The notes beneath the pieces are model-generated. The model was not told where the DNA came from. It made no database searches and saw only the letters and a list, made by a program, of their open reading frames with translations. A stretch of DNA of 64,000 bases from an uncultured Gammaproteobacteria bacterium (GTDB lineage Bacteria; Pseudomonadota; Gammaproteobacteria; Steroidobacterales; Steroidobacteraceae): NCBI GenBank assembly GCA_963728615.1, contig CAVSKQ010000004.1, positions 462,364-526,363 of the forward strand, in the 5' to 3' direction. Shown one piece after another: positions 43,201 through 50,988 of this stretch. The position numbers were made by a program, and so were the translations under genes. Each line of letters starts with the position of its first letter. Positions within the stretch are counted from its first letter, which is position 1.

Positions 43201-43684
43201 GCACCTCGAGTTGCACCGTCTCGCGCGCGCCGGCGGCGCCCGCGAGGCGCTGGCTTCGCGCCCGGCTGCCTGGGGCCGCCTGCTGCGCGAGGCGGGCCTG
43301 GACGATGCGCACCTGCCGGAGGCACTCGCGCGCACCGAGTCCGCCATCGACGGTTTCCGGCGAAGCCCGCTCGCGGCGAAGCTGCTCGATCCCGCGGCGC
43401 GCGAGGCGGCCAGCGAGCTGGCGCTCACCGTGCGGATCGACGGCGCGGTGCAGGGCATTCGCATCGACCGCACGTTCGTGGACGACGCGGGCGTGCGCTG
43501 GGTCGTCGACTGGAAAACGAGCGTCCACGAGGGCGGCGATCCGGGCGGTTTCCTCGACAACGAGCTCGAGCGCTATCGCGGCCAACTCGAGCGCTATGCG
43601 TACGCGATGCGGCTGCTGGAGCCGGACCGCGAGCTGAAGGTCGGCCTCTATTTCCCGCTGCTCGACGCCTGGCGCGAAATCTAG
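40286..43684 (+). CDS. AddA-like UvrD/Rep-family helicase with C-terminal PD-(D/E)XK nuclease
   Basis: Walker A QAPAGSGKTS, ITFTRKAA, LLVDEYQDTSPAQ, IMTIHKAKGLEFDVVIVPD, YVAVTRARRAL. C-terminal nuclease IRIDRTFVDDAGVRWVVDWKTS. Intact 1132-aa ORF. Confidence 0.85.
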   Translation: MATDGARDAAARHEAIDPGRSFIVQAPAGSGKTSLLTLRYLRLLATVDSPEEIVAITFTRKAAAEMRHRIVRALSLARGPLAASALPHVAELHATAAAALARSVARGWDLERNPARLHVQTIDGLSHWLAQRLPLAAQVALSAALVDDARPLYREAARRLVSALEAGDERSEPLERLARTLDHDPGQLAGLVADMLGTREVWLPKLFGEGDRSRLRAVIDELLCTALESELARLRARLADCASQSLFEVVRAAAAAGGAAGPLASFRDLRGWPPARAGAVEDWLAFADLLLTANRDGAVRKKVESAHGFLPATAGTEWRELKRRMKEELDALAAAEGFAATLARVRRLPPARLTDGQWERLEALLAVLPHAVAELVALFAERGSLDHPAVAAAARDALRDESAPTELALALDYRIRHLLVDEYQDTSPAQERLLALLLAGWQRGDGRTLFCVGDPMQSIYAFREADVTLFLQAAEEGVGGVPLEALRLGRNFRSSRAIVDWVNATFASLLPAEDDFERGAVRYSSADPAHEAAPGDGVRVHALLDADDRAMGETVACIVAESLAASPEGRPPGIAVLVRGRSSLPPVVAALRRAGIDYRGIELESLSDRASIRDLVALAKAMLHAADRTAWLAILRAPWCGLTLADLHALASGDAQATIGALLGDPARLSPDGARRAARLREALARAISARGRRTLGGWVKSAWLALSGPATVEDPADLANAELLFAALDRLESESGAWPEASDIDGVVENIKASPVGRDDAPVQIMTIHKAKGLEFDVVIVPDMQRQPPSDRRRLLYWTTIATGPGRRGVVLGSRSDAGAVGEGADALEAWMRTLEADRGDLELGRVAYVAVTRARRALHLVGNAVTKPTEAGDLLQKPRSGSLLRFFWPALSGEFERVLAARADESVRTPSGRRRLTAPLLSRLPPDWSAPEPESPPRAPALRILGETTAFIRPDFDWAGTIAQAVGEVVHLELHRLARAGGAREALASRPAAWGRLLREAGLDDAHLPEALARTESAIDGFRRSPLAAKLLDPAAREAASELALTVRIDGAVQGIRIDRTFVDDAGVRWVVDWKTSVHEGGDPGGFLDNELERYRGQLERYAYAMRLLEPDRELKVGLYFPLLDAWREI

Positions 43685-44421
43685 AGTGATCCCTCGATGG
43701 TAAACGGGCGCCGTCCCTGGCGGTCCGGCGGCCCGAGGAAGCTCAGCGCGTCAAAGATTGCAGGCCCCGCACCGGGGCCGGGCGCCGCGTCGCCCGTCAG
43801 CAGGTAGCGGCCGTTCGGGTCGAGCTCGATCGAGCCGCGAACGTGCAGCGGGCCGCCGAGGTCGCGCAGCCGGCCGTTCAGCGACTCGCTTCCCACCGTG
43901 CCTTCGCCGACCACGAGCTCGAAGTCGCCGAGTACCTGTCCTCCCGCTCCGGGCGCGCGCAGGGCACGCAACAACAGCGTGCCGCTCGCGGCCGTCGGGC
44001 GGCTCCCGTCGAGCCGGATCTCGGTCACGTCCAGCTCGAGGTCGCCGGTCCAGCCACGCGGCGTTGCGATTCCTTCGAATGCGGAAATGGGCAGGCGCCC
44101 GCGGATGTCTTCGCCGACGATCTCCTGCCCGAAATCGCCGGAGAGGTCGCCCGCGACCTCGCCGCCCTGCGGCCTCAGCGTGACGGCACAGGACCACTCG
44201 AGGACCAGCAGGCGCCAAGGCCGGCAGGACCATTGCAGGCCGCCGAACGCGTTTCCGTCGACGGCGAGCGAGCGCGCCGTGCCCGACCAGATCGTGCCAT
44301 CGACGCCGCCGAGCTCGACGCCCGCCGGCAGGCGCCCGGCGAGCTGCTGCGCAGGCACCATCGCGACGAGGCAGACGACGAATGCGGCGACGCCTGCCGC
44401 GATGTACGCGCCGCGCTTCAC
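43681..44421 (-). CDS. gspN: Type II secretion system protein N
   Basis: N-terminal TM AAGVAAFVVCLVAMVPA. GTIWSG and LQWS segments are typical of GspN. It is the last gene of the gspG-N operon. Confidence 0.75.
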   Translation of the reverse strand: MKRGAYIAAGVAAFVVCLVAMVPAQQLAGRLPAGVELGGVDGTIWSGTARSLAVDGNAFGGLQWSCRPWRLLVLEWSCAVTLRPQGGEVAGDLSGDFGQEIVGEDIRGRLPISAFEGIATPRGWTGDLELDVTEIRLDGSRPTAASGTLLLRALRAPGAGGQVLGDFELVVGEGTVGSESLNGRLRDLGGPLHVRGSIELDPNGRYLLTGDAAPGPGAGPAIFDALSFLGPPDRQGRRPFTIEGSL

Positions 44422-44427
44422 GCCCCG

Positions 44428-44895
44428 TCAGCGGCCGCGGATGACGAGCGTGGCATCGACGAGGCCCGTTTCCCCGGTCGCCGTTACGCTCGCAGTCTCG
44501 GCTTCCACGCCGCGCTCCTTCTGCAGGCGCGCGAGCAGCAGCACGAGCGAATCGAAGGAGGCGCCGGTGAAGCGCGCGCGCAGGGCGCCATTCGCCGCCG
44601 GTTCGACGGCGGCCAGCGCATCGGCGAGCCCACCCTCGCGCGCCATGCGGTCGATCGCGATCGTGAGCGGCTCGTCCGACCCGCCCGAGGGCAGCGACTG
44701 CAGCCGCGGCGCGACAGTCTCGATGAACGCGAGATCCTGGCGCCGGCGCTCGACCCGCGCTTCCGCGCTTGCGACCGAAGCGCCGAGCTGCCAGGCGAGC
44801 AGGGCGACGAGCAGCACCGCAGCCGCGGCACCGCCCCACAGGACGATTTGCTGGTCACGCTCGGGCAGGCCGCGATACCAGTCCTGGAGCTTCAT
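44428..44895 (-). CDS. gspM: Type II secretion system protein M
   Basis: 155 aa. N-terminal W-x-x-L-x-x-R-E/D-Q motif (WYRGLPERDQ) and a single TM. Positioned between gspL and gspN. Confidence 0.8.
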   Translation of the reverse strand: MKLQDWYRGLPERDQQIVLWGGAAAAVLLVALLAWQLGASVASAEARVERRRQDLAFIETVAPRLQSLPSGGSDEPLTIAIDRMAREGGLADALAAVEPAANGALRARFTGASFDSLVLLLARLQKERGVEAETASVTATGETGLVDATLVIRGR

Positions 44896-46109
44896 GACCC
44901 GGCACCGGCGGCGGAGATCTTCACCTGGGCTTCAACGCCCTTCTCGCTGTTGGTCGTGGAGGCGACGTCGGCGCTCATGCCGCGGGCGGTGACGCCCTGG
45001 GTGAAGCGCGCGATGGCGTCGGTGTTGGCCGCCACGATCTGCAGCTCGAGCGAGCGCTCGCGCCAGCCGAGGGATTCGAGCGTCGGGCCGGGCGCCCCGG
45101 CGAGCGCGCCGCCGACCGCCGCGAGCTGGGCGAGGAGGCCGCCGGGATCGCCGCCGCCCGAGCCTGCGAGCCGCTGCTCGACCTGCGCGCGCGCATCCTC
45201 GATGCGCTCCGCGTCCGGCAGCGCGATGCGGGCGGCCTGTTCGATGGCGACATCGAGCCGCTGCTGCTCGTTGTGCAGCCGGACGAGGTCATAGGCGCGA
45301 ACGCCGAGGTGAAGTGCAAGCGCCGCGAGCGCGAGGAACGCGGCGACGCGCCAGCGCTGCCATTCCGCGCGCCATCCGGTGCGGCGCTGGAACTCGCCCT
45401 GCAACAGCGAGAGCGTCTCCGGTTTCACCGCAGTCGCTGCGAGCAGCGGCAGCGCGCCGTCGGGCAGGATGTGAAGATCGAGGCTGCCCGTCACTTCGCG
45501 CAGCGCCTCGATCATCTCGCGCGAATGCTGCCAGTCGTGCTGCGAGACGAAGAGCTCGACGTGGCGGTCCTCGCCCTCGAGCCCGGCGAGCGTGAACGCC
45601 TCGGTCATCGGCTCGGCGTCGAGCGCGAAGGGCAGCTGCCCGGGCACGCGCACCAGCAGCAGCCCGGAGTCGATGACCGCGACGGTCTTGCCGGGGTTGT
45701 CCGGCAGGCAGAGCATGTCCGGCACGATCGCCTGCGGCTCGATGCCGGCGGCGGCGAGCGCGTCGAGCCAGCCGCGCAGTTCTTCGCGGCGCATCGCCGC
45801 GACCTGCGTGCGCCGTCCGCATCGGTCGGGCCGATCGCGAAGTGGAACTTCTCGACCTCGCCGGCGAGCGATTCTTCCATCGCGTAGGGCACGACCTGCG
45901 CGAGCTTGGCGCCGGACTTCACCGGCAGCTCCGGCTGCGCGAGCGTTACGCTGGAGCCGGGCGCGATGACGACGACCGGCCGCTCCTTCGCGATCGGCGC
46001 GGCATCGGCGAGGTCGCCGGTCGCGACCGGGCCGACACGGGCGCCGTCAGCGCCGGTGACCACCCAGCTGATACGGGCTTGCGATCCGCAGGACGAGGAA
46101 TTGATTCAT
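44892..46109 (-). CDS. gspL: Type II secretion system protein L, two frame changes (about 45815 and about 46055)
   Basis: N-terminus MNQFLVLRIASP then WVVTGADGARV...VVVIAPGSSVTLAQPELPVKSGAKLAQVVPYAMEESLAGEVEKFHFAIGP in the frame of ORF 45605..46063. Remainder RREELRGWLDALAAAGIEPQAIVPDMLCLP, a TM segment and a periplasmic domain in ORF 44892..45794. Confidence 0.8.
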
Positions 46110-46113
46110 TCGG

Positions 46114-47052
46114 CTATTCGGTGCCGGTTGAGCGCACGACCGTCCGGATGGCGGTGTCGCTCGAATTGCGGTTGATCAGACTGTACAGCGTGAGTTCCGA
46201 GGTGCCAATACGCACGGCGGTCACGGCGCGGAACCAGTTCGAAGTTTCGGAAACTGCCTTCGAATTGATGAGGTCCTGGGCCAGCGGGTCGCCGACCATG
46301 CTCGGCAGGAACTCCTTGGTCGGGTAGCAGCCTTCCTTGCGGTTGGTGGCGAGCAGCTCCTCGCTGAAATCCGCACCGCCCGTCTCGGCGAGCGCCGCCA
46401 GCACCGGCGCCTTGGCCGTGCAGAGGTTGATGGGCGTCCCGGCCGGCAGCGCCGCGACGTAAGGGCGAATGCGCTCGAACTCGTCGCGCGTCATGCCGGG
46501 CAGGGCCATCATCTCGGTCGTCGTCGCGACGAGCCCGTTCGCCGTGCGGTACGGCGGGTTCTGCGACAGGTACGTGCCGTCCTCCGCGCCATCCTGCTCC
46601 GGCACCGAATTCTCGTCGATCCAGTCGGCCATCATGCTTGCCCAGCGGGGCTGCGCCCCGACGAGCATGAGCAGGCGCTCGAAGCGCTCGACGTTTGCGA
46701 CGTCGGGCTCAAGATTGCGGCCGACGAGATTATTGAGGTTGAAGCGTCCCTGCATGTCCTCGAGCGCGCCGCGCACCTCGCCGCCGTCGACCGGCAGTGG
46801 CGGCAGCGGCTGGGCCCAGGCTTCGGCGAGGTGATCGCTCCCCGGTGCGGGTGAGTCCTTTTGGTCCTCGCTCAGCACCTCGATGGCCCAGGCCTCGGCG
46901 CCGAGCGCGACGTGCCAGCCCTGGTCGAGCGCGACGAGCCCCGCGGTGCGGCGCAGGTCGATCGCGGCGCGCGTGCCGATGCGCACCGCGAGCACCGTCG
47001 CGATCGCGACGAGCACGATGGCGGTGATCAGTGCGACGCCGCGCTGCCTCAT
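46114..47052 (-). CDS. gspK: Type II secretion system minor pseudopilin K
   Basis: MRQRGVALITAIVLVAI (no Glu at +5, as usual for GspK). FNLNNL motif. Segment EDGTYL...PPYRTANGLV...TEMMALPGMT. Confidence 0.88.
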   Translation of the reverse strand: MRQRGVALITAIVLVAIATVLAVRIGTRAAIDLRRTAGLVALDQGWHVALGAEAWAIEVLSEDQKDSPAPGSDHLAEAWAQPLPPLPVDGGEVRGALEDMQGRFNLNNLVGRNLEPDVANVERFERLLMLVGAQPRWASMMADWIDENSVPEQDGAEDGTYLSQNPPYRTANGLVATTTEMMALPGMTRDEFERIRPYVAALPAGTPINLCTAKAPVLAALAETGGADFSEELLATNRKEGCYPTKEFLPSMVGDPLAQDLINSKAVSETSNWFRAVTAVRIGTSELTLYSLINRNSSDTAIRTVVRSTGTE

Positions 47053-47669
47053 CCCGGGACCTCGACGATGCGGCGGATCTTGCCGTAGTCCTCGAGCACG
47101 ATGGTGACCTCGACCGCCAGCGGCCGCTGGTAGAAGCCCGCTTCATCCGCCAGGCTGCCGAGCGGCGGCCATTCGGCGATCCACTCGCGCCCGTTGTTCA
47201 TGTAGCGCAGCTCCACGCGCTCGACGCGGTCGATCAGCTCGCGTTTCACCGGCGGCGTCGCGAGCGTCGCGTCCATGACGGTCCAGTGCTCGCGGATCAG
47301 CTTGCCTTCCTCGAGCCGGTAGACGACGCGCTGCGCCGTGCCGCGCGGCGTGCCGGCGCCGTTCGGCCAGCCGGCGCGCGAGAGCTCGACGAGCGACAGG
47401 GCATTGGGGTCGCGCACGATCGTCGCACGGAAGCCGTCGCCGATCGGTTCGCGGACCTTGCGGCGGGTGAGTGTCCGGAAATCGGTGACGACGACCTGCA
47501 TGGTGCGCTGCACGTGCCGCAGGCGGTCGAGGTGGGCCTCGGCGTTTCCGACCGCGACCCGCGCCTCGGCAATGCCGCGGTAGGCCATCACGCCCATGAC
47601 AGCGAGGATCACGGTCGCCACCAGGATCTCGATCAGCGTGAAGCCGCGCTGGCGGGGCCGGACGGTCAT
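47049..47669 (-). CDS. gspJ: Type II secretion system minor pseudopilin J
   Basis: Prepilin leader and mature start RQRG|FTLIEILVATVIL. 206 aa. ATGA overlaps with both neighbours. Confidence 0.88.
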   Translation of the reverse strand: MTVRPRQRGFTLIEILVATVILAVMGVMAYRGIAEARVAVGNAEAHLDRLRHVQRTMQVVVTDFRTLTRRKVREPIGDGFRATIVRDPNALSLVELSRAGWPNGAGTPRGTAQRVVYRLEEGKLIREHWTVMDATLATPPVKRELIDRVERVELRYMNNGREWIAEWPPLGSLADEAGFYQRPLAVEVTIVLEDYGKIRRIVEVPG

Positions 47670-48187
47670 TCGACGCCTTCCTCCTCGTCGTCGACCGGGT
47701 CCTGTTCGTCGAACTCGTCGTCGCCGTCCCCGTCCCCGTCTCCGTCGCCGCCCCCGTCACCTCCGGGCTCGAGGCCTGCGTACCAGTCATCGTTCGCCTG
47801 TGGGGCGGCCGTCGCGACCGCGCCGACGAATCCAGAGAGCGTGACGATGGACGAATCCTCCGGGTCCTCGTCGCGGCGGACGCTCACGTCGATGCGGCGC
47901 AGGCCCCGCACCTGGGTCTGCGAGACCGTGGTGACCCAATGCCACTGCCGGCCTGCGAACTCGACTTCGCCCGCGGTTTCCTCGACCGAGGGCATCTCGC
48001 CGGTGAGGCGGATCTCGGTGATGCGGTTGTCGGCGATCCACTCGGCGAAGCTGCGGTCGCGCAGCTCCTCCACGTTGTTGACCGTGTCGCCGATGGTCTT
48101 GAACACCGCGAGCATGCCGATGCCGAGGATCGCGAGCGCGACCACGACCTCGATGAGCGTGAACCCGCGCGAGTCAGGGCTTCGCAT
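47666..48187 (-). CDS. gspI: Type II secretion system minor pseudopilin I with an acidic Gly/Asp-rich C-terminal extension
   Basis: Start taken at MRSPDSRG|FTLIEVVVALAILGIG. Core ...FAEWIADNRITEIRL...WHWVTTVSQT...IDVSV, followed by GGDGGGDGDGDGDGDDEFDEQDPVDDEEEGVE. Confidence 0.85.
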   Translation of the reverse strand: MRSPDSRGFTLIEVVVALAILGIGMLAVFKTIGDTVNNVEELRDRSFAEWIADNRITEIRLTGEMPSVEETAGEVEFAGRQWHWVTTVSQTQVRGLRRIDVSVRRDEDPEDSSIVTLSGFVGAVATAAPQANDDWYAGLEPGGDGGGDGDGDGDGDDEFDEQDPVDDEEEGVE

Positions 48188-48680
48188 CGCCGCGCTCGAT
48201 CTCGATGCTGCCGTCAAAGCCGCCAACCAGCGTGATCCGCGCGCCGCCGCTGCGTACCAGCGTGAGCCGGTACGGCGTCATGTCGCCGCTGCCCCAAGCG
48301 ACGAGCTGAGGCAGGCGGGCATCCTCGTTACGCTCGCGGCGCAACAGCACCGGCCGGCCCTCCAGGGTGAGTTCGAAGGCGAGGTCGGGCGGCAGCTCCC
48401 GGGCCGACAGGACGGAGTCGCCCTCGACCGGCTTCCACCGCTGCTCGAAAGCGTCGAAACGCTGGAACTCGTAGCGCGCGGTCTCGAGGAGGATGCCGTA
48501 GTCGCGGCCCTCGAGCTGCGCCTGTTCCTGCAGCAGCGCGATGGCATCCGCGAGCCGCCTCATTTCGTCCTCGATCTGGCGGTCCTCGCCGAGGATGCCG
48601 ACGGACAGCGTGGCCAGCATGGCGAGGATGCCGATGATGACCAGGACGACGAGGATTTCGATCAGCGTCATGCCGCGCAT
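48174..48680 (-). CDS. gspH: Type II secretion system pseudopilin H
   Basis: Leader MRG|MTLIEILVVLVIIGILA, with Met rather than Phe at +1. 168 aa from this start. The track ORF opens at 48707. Confidence 0.85.
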   Translation of the reverse strand: MRGMTLIEILVVLVIIGILAMLATLSVGILGEDRQIEDEMRRLADAIALLQEQAQLEGRDYGILLETARYEFQRFDAFEQRWKPVEGDSVLSARELPPDLAFELTLEGRPVLLRRERNEDARLPQLVAWGSGDMTPYRLTLVRSGGARITLVGGFDGSIEIERGDAKP

Positions 48681-48727
48681 GGCGCGGCACGGTGAGGCGA
48701 TGTGCATCGCCCGCGGCCCTCAGGCGC

Positions 48728-49165
48728 TCACTGGAGATTCCAGCTGCACACGTCGGCGTCGGTCTCTTCACCGTCCGGCTCGCCGTCCGCCCCCAGCGAA
48801 CACAGGTCGTAGGCGCCGCCCTTCGTGCCCGGCTGCAGGTAGCGGTATTCGTTGCCCCAAGGGTCCTTCGGCACGGTCGTCGCCTTGAGGTAGCCGCCTG
48901 CCCGCCAGTTCGGCGGCGGCGGTTCCGGCTTCTCGACGAGGGCGGTCAGGCCCTGGTCGGTCGTCGGATAGCGAAAATTGTCCATCTGGTAGAAGTCGAG
49001 GGCGGTTCCCAGCGTGCGGATGTCCTGCTTGGCCGCGGTCACGCGAGCCTCGTCCACCCGGCCCATGATCTGCGGGGCGATCAGCGCCGTCATGATGGCG
49101 ATGATGACCAGCACCACCATGATCTCGATCAGGGTGAAGCCGGAATCTCGACGTGAAATCAGCAT
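48728..49165 (-). CDS. gspG: Type II secretion system major pseudopilin G
   Basis: MLISRRDSG|FTLIEIMVVLVIIAIMTALIAPQIMG, DIRTLGTALDFYQMDNFRYPTTDQGLTALV, DPWGNEYRY, SLGADG. Only the last 145 aa of the 481-aa track ORF is credible. Confidence 0.92.
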   Translation of the reverse strand: MLISRRDSGFTLIEIMVVLVIIAIMTALIAPQIMGRVDEARVTAAKQDIRTLGTALDFYQMDNFRYPTTDQGLTALVEKPEPPPPNWRAGGYLKATTVPKDPWGNEYRYLQPGTKGGAYDLCSLGADGEPDGEETDADVCSWNLQ

Positions 49166-49254
49166 GATGCGCCTCTCCATGGTGGCCCGAATGATATCAG
49201 AGCGTCTCCCCGTGCCCGCCCGGACTCGCTCCCGGTGTGACGGCGCGCTCAACC

Positions 49255-49260
49255 TATAAT
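49255..49260 (+). promoter_or_regulatory. Perfect TATAAT hexamer 28 nt upstream of the fabD start
   Basis: Read directly in the gspG/fabD divergent intergenic region. No convincing -35 at 17 nt. Confidence 0.3.
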
Positions 49261-49288
49261 CGGACCATTCCGGTCGCTGGAGGCTCCC

Positions 49289-50239
49289 TTGAAGCTGGCG
49301 ATGATGTTTCCGGGCCAGGGCTCGCAGTCCGTCGGCATGCTCGCTTCGCTCGCGGCTGCGGAGCCGGTCGTCGGGGAGACCTTCCGCGAGGCCTCGGCCG
49401 TGCTCGGCTACGACCTCTGGGCCCTGTGCCAGGAGGGTCCGGAGGCACGGCTGTCGGAAACGGAGCGGACCCAGCCGGCGATGCTGGCAGCCGGGATCGC
49501 AGTGTGGCGTGCCTGGATCCAGCGTGGCGGTTCGGCACCCGACATGCTGGCGGGTCACAGCCTCGGCGAATACAGCGCCCTCGTCGCGGCCGGCGCACTC
49601 GAATTCAGGGAGACGATCGCACTCGTGCGCTTCCGGGGTGAGGCGATGCAGCGTGCGGTTCCGGCCGGGACCGGCGCCATGGCGGCCATCCTGGGCCTCG
49701 ACGACGCCGTCGTCGAAGCCGCCTGCGCGGAGGCGGCGCAGGGCGACATTGTCCAGGCGGTCAATTACAACTCGCCCGGCCAGCTCGTCATCGCAGGCAG
49801 CGCCGCGGCGGTCGCCCGCGCCATCGAGGCCTGCAAGGCCCGTGGCGCAAGACGCGCCGTACCGCTGCCGGTCTCGGTGCCGTCCCACAGCGCGCTGATG
49901 AAGCCAGCCGCGGACGCCTTGCGCGCGCGGCTTGCAGGGCTCGAGGTCAAAGCGCCGGCGCTGCGCGTTCACTCCTTCGACGCGGGCGTCTACACGGATG
50001 CGGACTCGATCCGCGACGGCCTGTACCGCCAGTTGTTCAATCCGGTGCGCTGGTCCGCTATCGTGACGGCGATGACGGGCGAGGGCGCCGGCCGCCTCTT
50101 CGAGTGCGGGCCCGGCAAGGTGCTGACGGGCCTCGCGCGCCGGGCGCCGGGTGGGCGCGACCTCGACCTGCACGCCATCGAATCGCCGGAGTCGCTCGAA
50201 GCCGCGCTGGCGGCGGGAAGGGGAGAAGCCGCGTCATGA
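49289..50239 (+). CDS. fabD: Malonyl-CoA:ACP transacylase
   Basis: FPGQGSQ, GHSLGEYSALV active-site Ser motif, VSVPSHSALM. TTG start as given by the track. Confidence 0.92.
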   Translation: MKLAMMFPGQGSQSVGMLASLAAAEPVVGETFREASAVLGYDLWALCQEGPEARLSETERTQPAMLAAGIAVWRAWIQRGGSAPDMLAGHSLGEYSALVAAGALEFRETIALVRFRGEAMQRAVPAGTGAMAAILGLDDAVVEAACAEAAQGDIVQAVNYNSPGQLVIAGSAAAVARAIEACKARGARRAVPLPVSVPSHSALMKPAADALRARLAGLEVKAPALRVHSFDAGVYTDADSIRDGLYRQLFNPVRWSAIVTAMTGEGAGRLFECGPGKVLTGLARRAPGGRDLDLHAIESPESLEAALAAGRGEAAS

Positions 50240-50988
50240 CTTCGAAGCCGCTCCAAGGCGAGATCGCCCTCGTGACCGGTGCCTCGCGCGGCATCGGGCG
50301 TGCCATCGCGCTTGCGCTCGGCAGCGCAGGCGCGACCGTCATCGGCACTGCGACCGGCAGCGCCGGTGTGCAGGCCATCGACGAGGCGCTGAAGTCCGCA
50401 GGTGCGGTCGGCCGCGGCCTCATCCTCGACGTGGCGGACGGCGCGGCGAGCGACGCGGTCATCGCCGACATCGAGGCGAAGGAAGGACCGGTGACCATCC
50501 TCGTGAACAACGCGGGCATCACCCGGGACACGCTGTTGCTGCGGATGAAGCCGGAGGACTGGGACGCGGTGATATCGACGAACCTCGGCTCCGTGTTCCG
50601 GCTCAGCAAGGCGGTGTTGCGCGGCATGATGAAGGCGCGCCGCGGCCGCATCATCAACATCGCCTCGGTGGTCGGCCTCATCGGCAACCCCGGCCAGGCC
50701 AACTATTGCGCCGCCAAGGCGGGCATCGGCGGGTTCACGCGTTCGCTGGCGCGCGAAGTCGCATCCCGGGGCATCACCGTAAACGTCGTGGCGCCCGGCT
50801 TCATCGACACGGACATGACCAAATCGCTGGCGGATGCGCAGCGCACGGCACTGGCTGCGCAGATTCCGCTCGGGCGCCTCGGGGCGCCCGCCGATATCGC
50901 CGAAGCCGTGTGTTTCCTGGCGGGCCCGGGAGCCGCCTGGATCACCGGTGAGACCTTGAACGTCAACGGCGGCATGCACATGACCTGA
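50236..50988 (+). CDS. fabG: 3-oxoacyl-ACP reductase
   Basis: ALVTGASRGIGRAIA, NNAGITRD, NIASVVG...NYCAAKAGIGGFTRSLA, GETLNVNGGMHM. ATGA overlap with fabD. Confidence 0.93.
   Translation: MTSKPLQGEIALVTGASRGIGRAIALALGSAGATVIGTATGSAGVQAIDEALKSAGAVGRGLILDVADGAASDAVIADIEAKEGPVTILVNNAGITRDTLLLRMKPEDWDAVISTNLGSVFRLSKAVLRGMMKARRGRIINIASVVGLIGNPGQANYCAAKAGIGGFTRSLAREVASRGITVNVVAPGFIDTDMTKSLADAQRTALAAQIPLGRLGAPADIAEAVCFLAGPGAAWITGETLNVNGGMHMT

Noticed and set aside
40954-43689. Long alternative-frame and antisense ORFs: 40954..43689 (+), 42029..43585 (-), 47031..48695 (+), 54325..56025 (-), 55553..57298 (-), 60462..62099 (+), 36616..37947 (-), 43751..44839 (-) and many others.
   Set aside because: Their translations are Arg/Ala/Pro/Gly-rich with no motifs, and they fully overlap genes with strong family signatures. 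Long open shadow frames are expected at this GC content.
48728-50173. 481-aa minus-strand ORF upstream of and including gspG.
   Set aside because: The part above 49180 is antisense to fabD and is compositionally a shadow frame. GspG is the last 145 aa.
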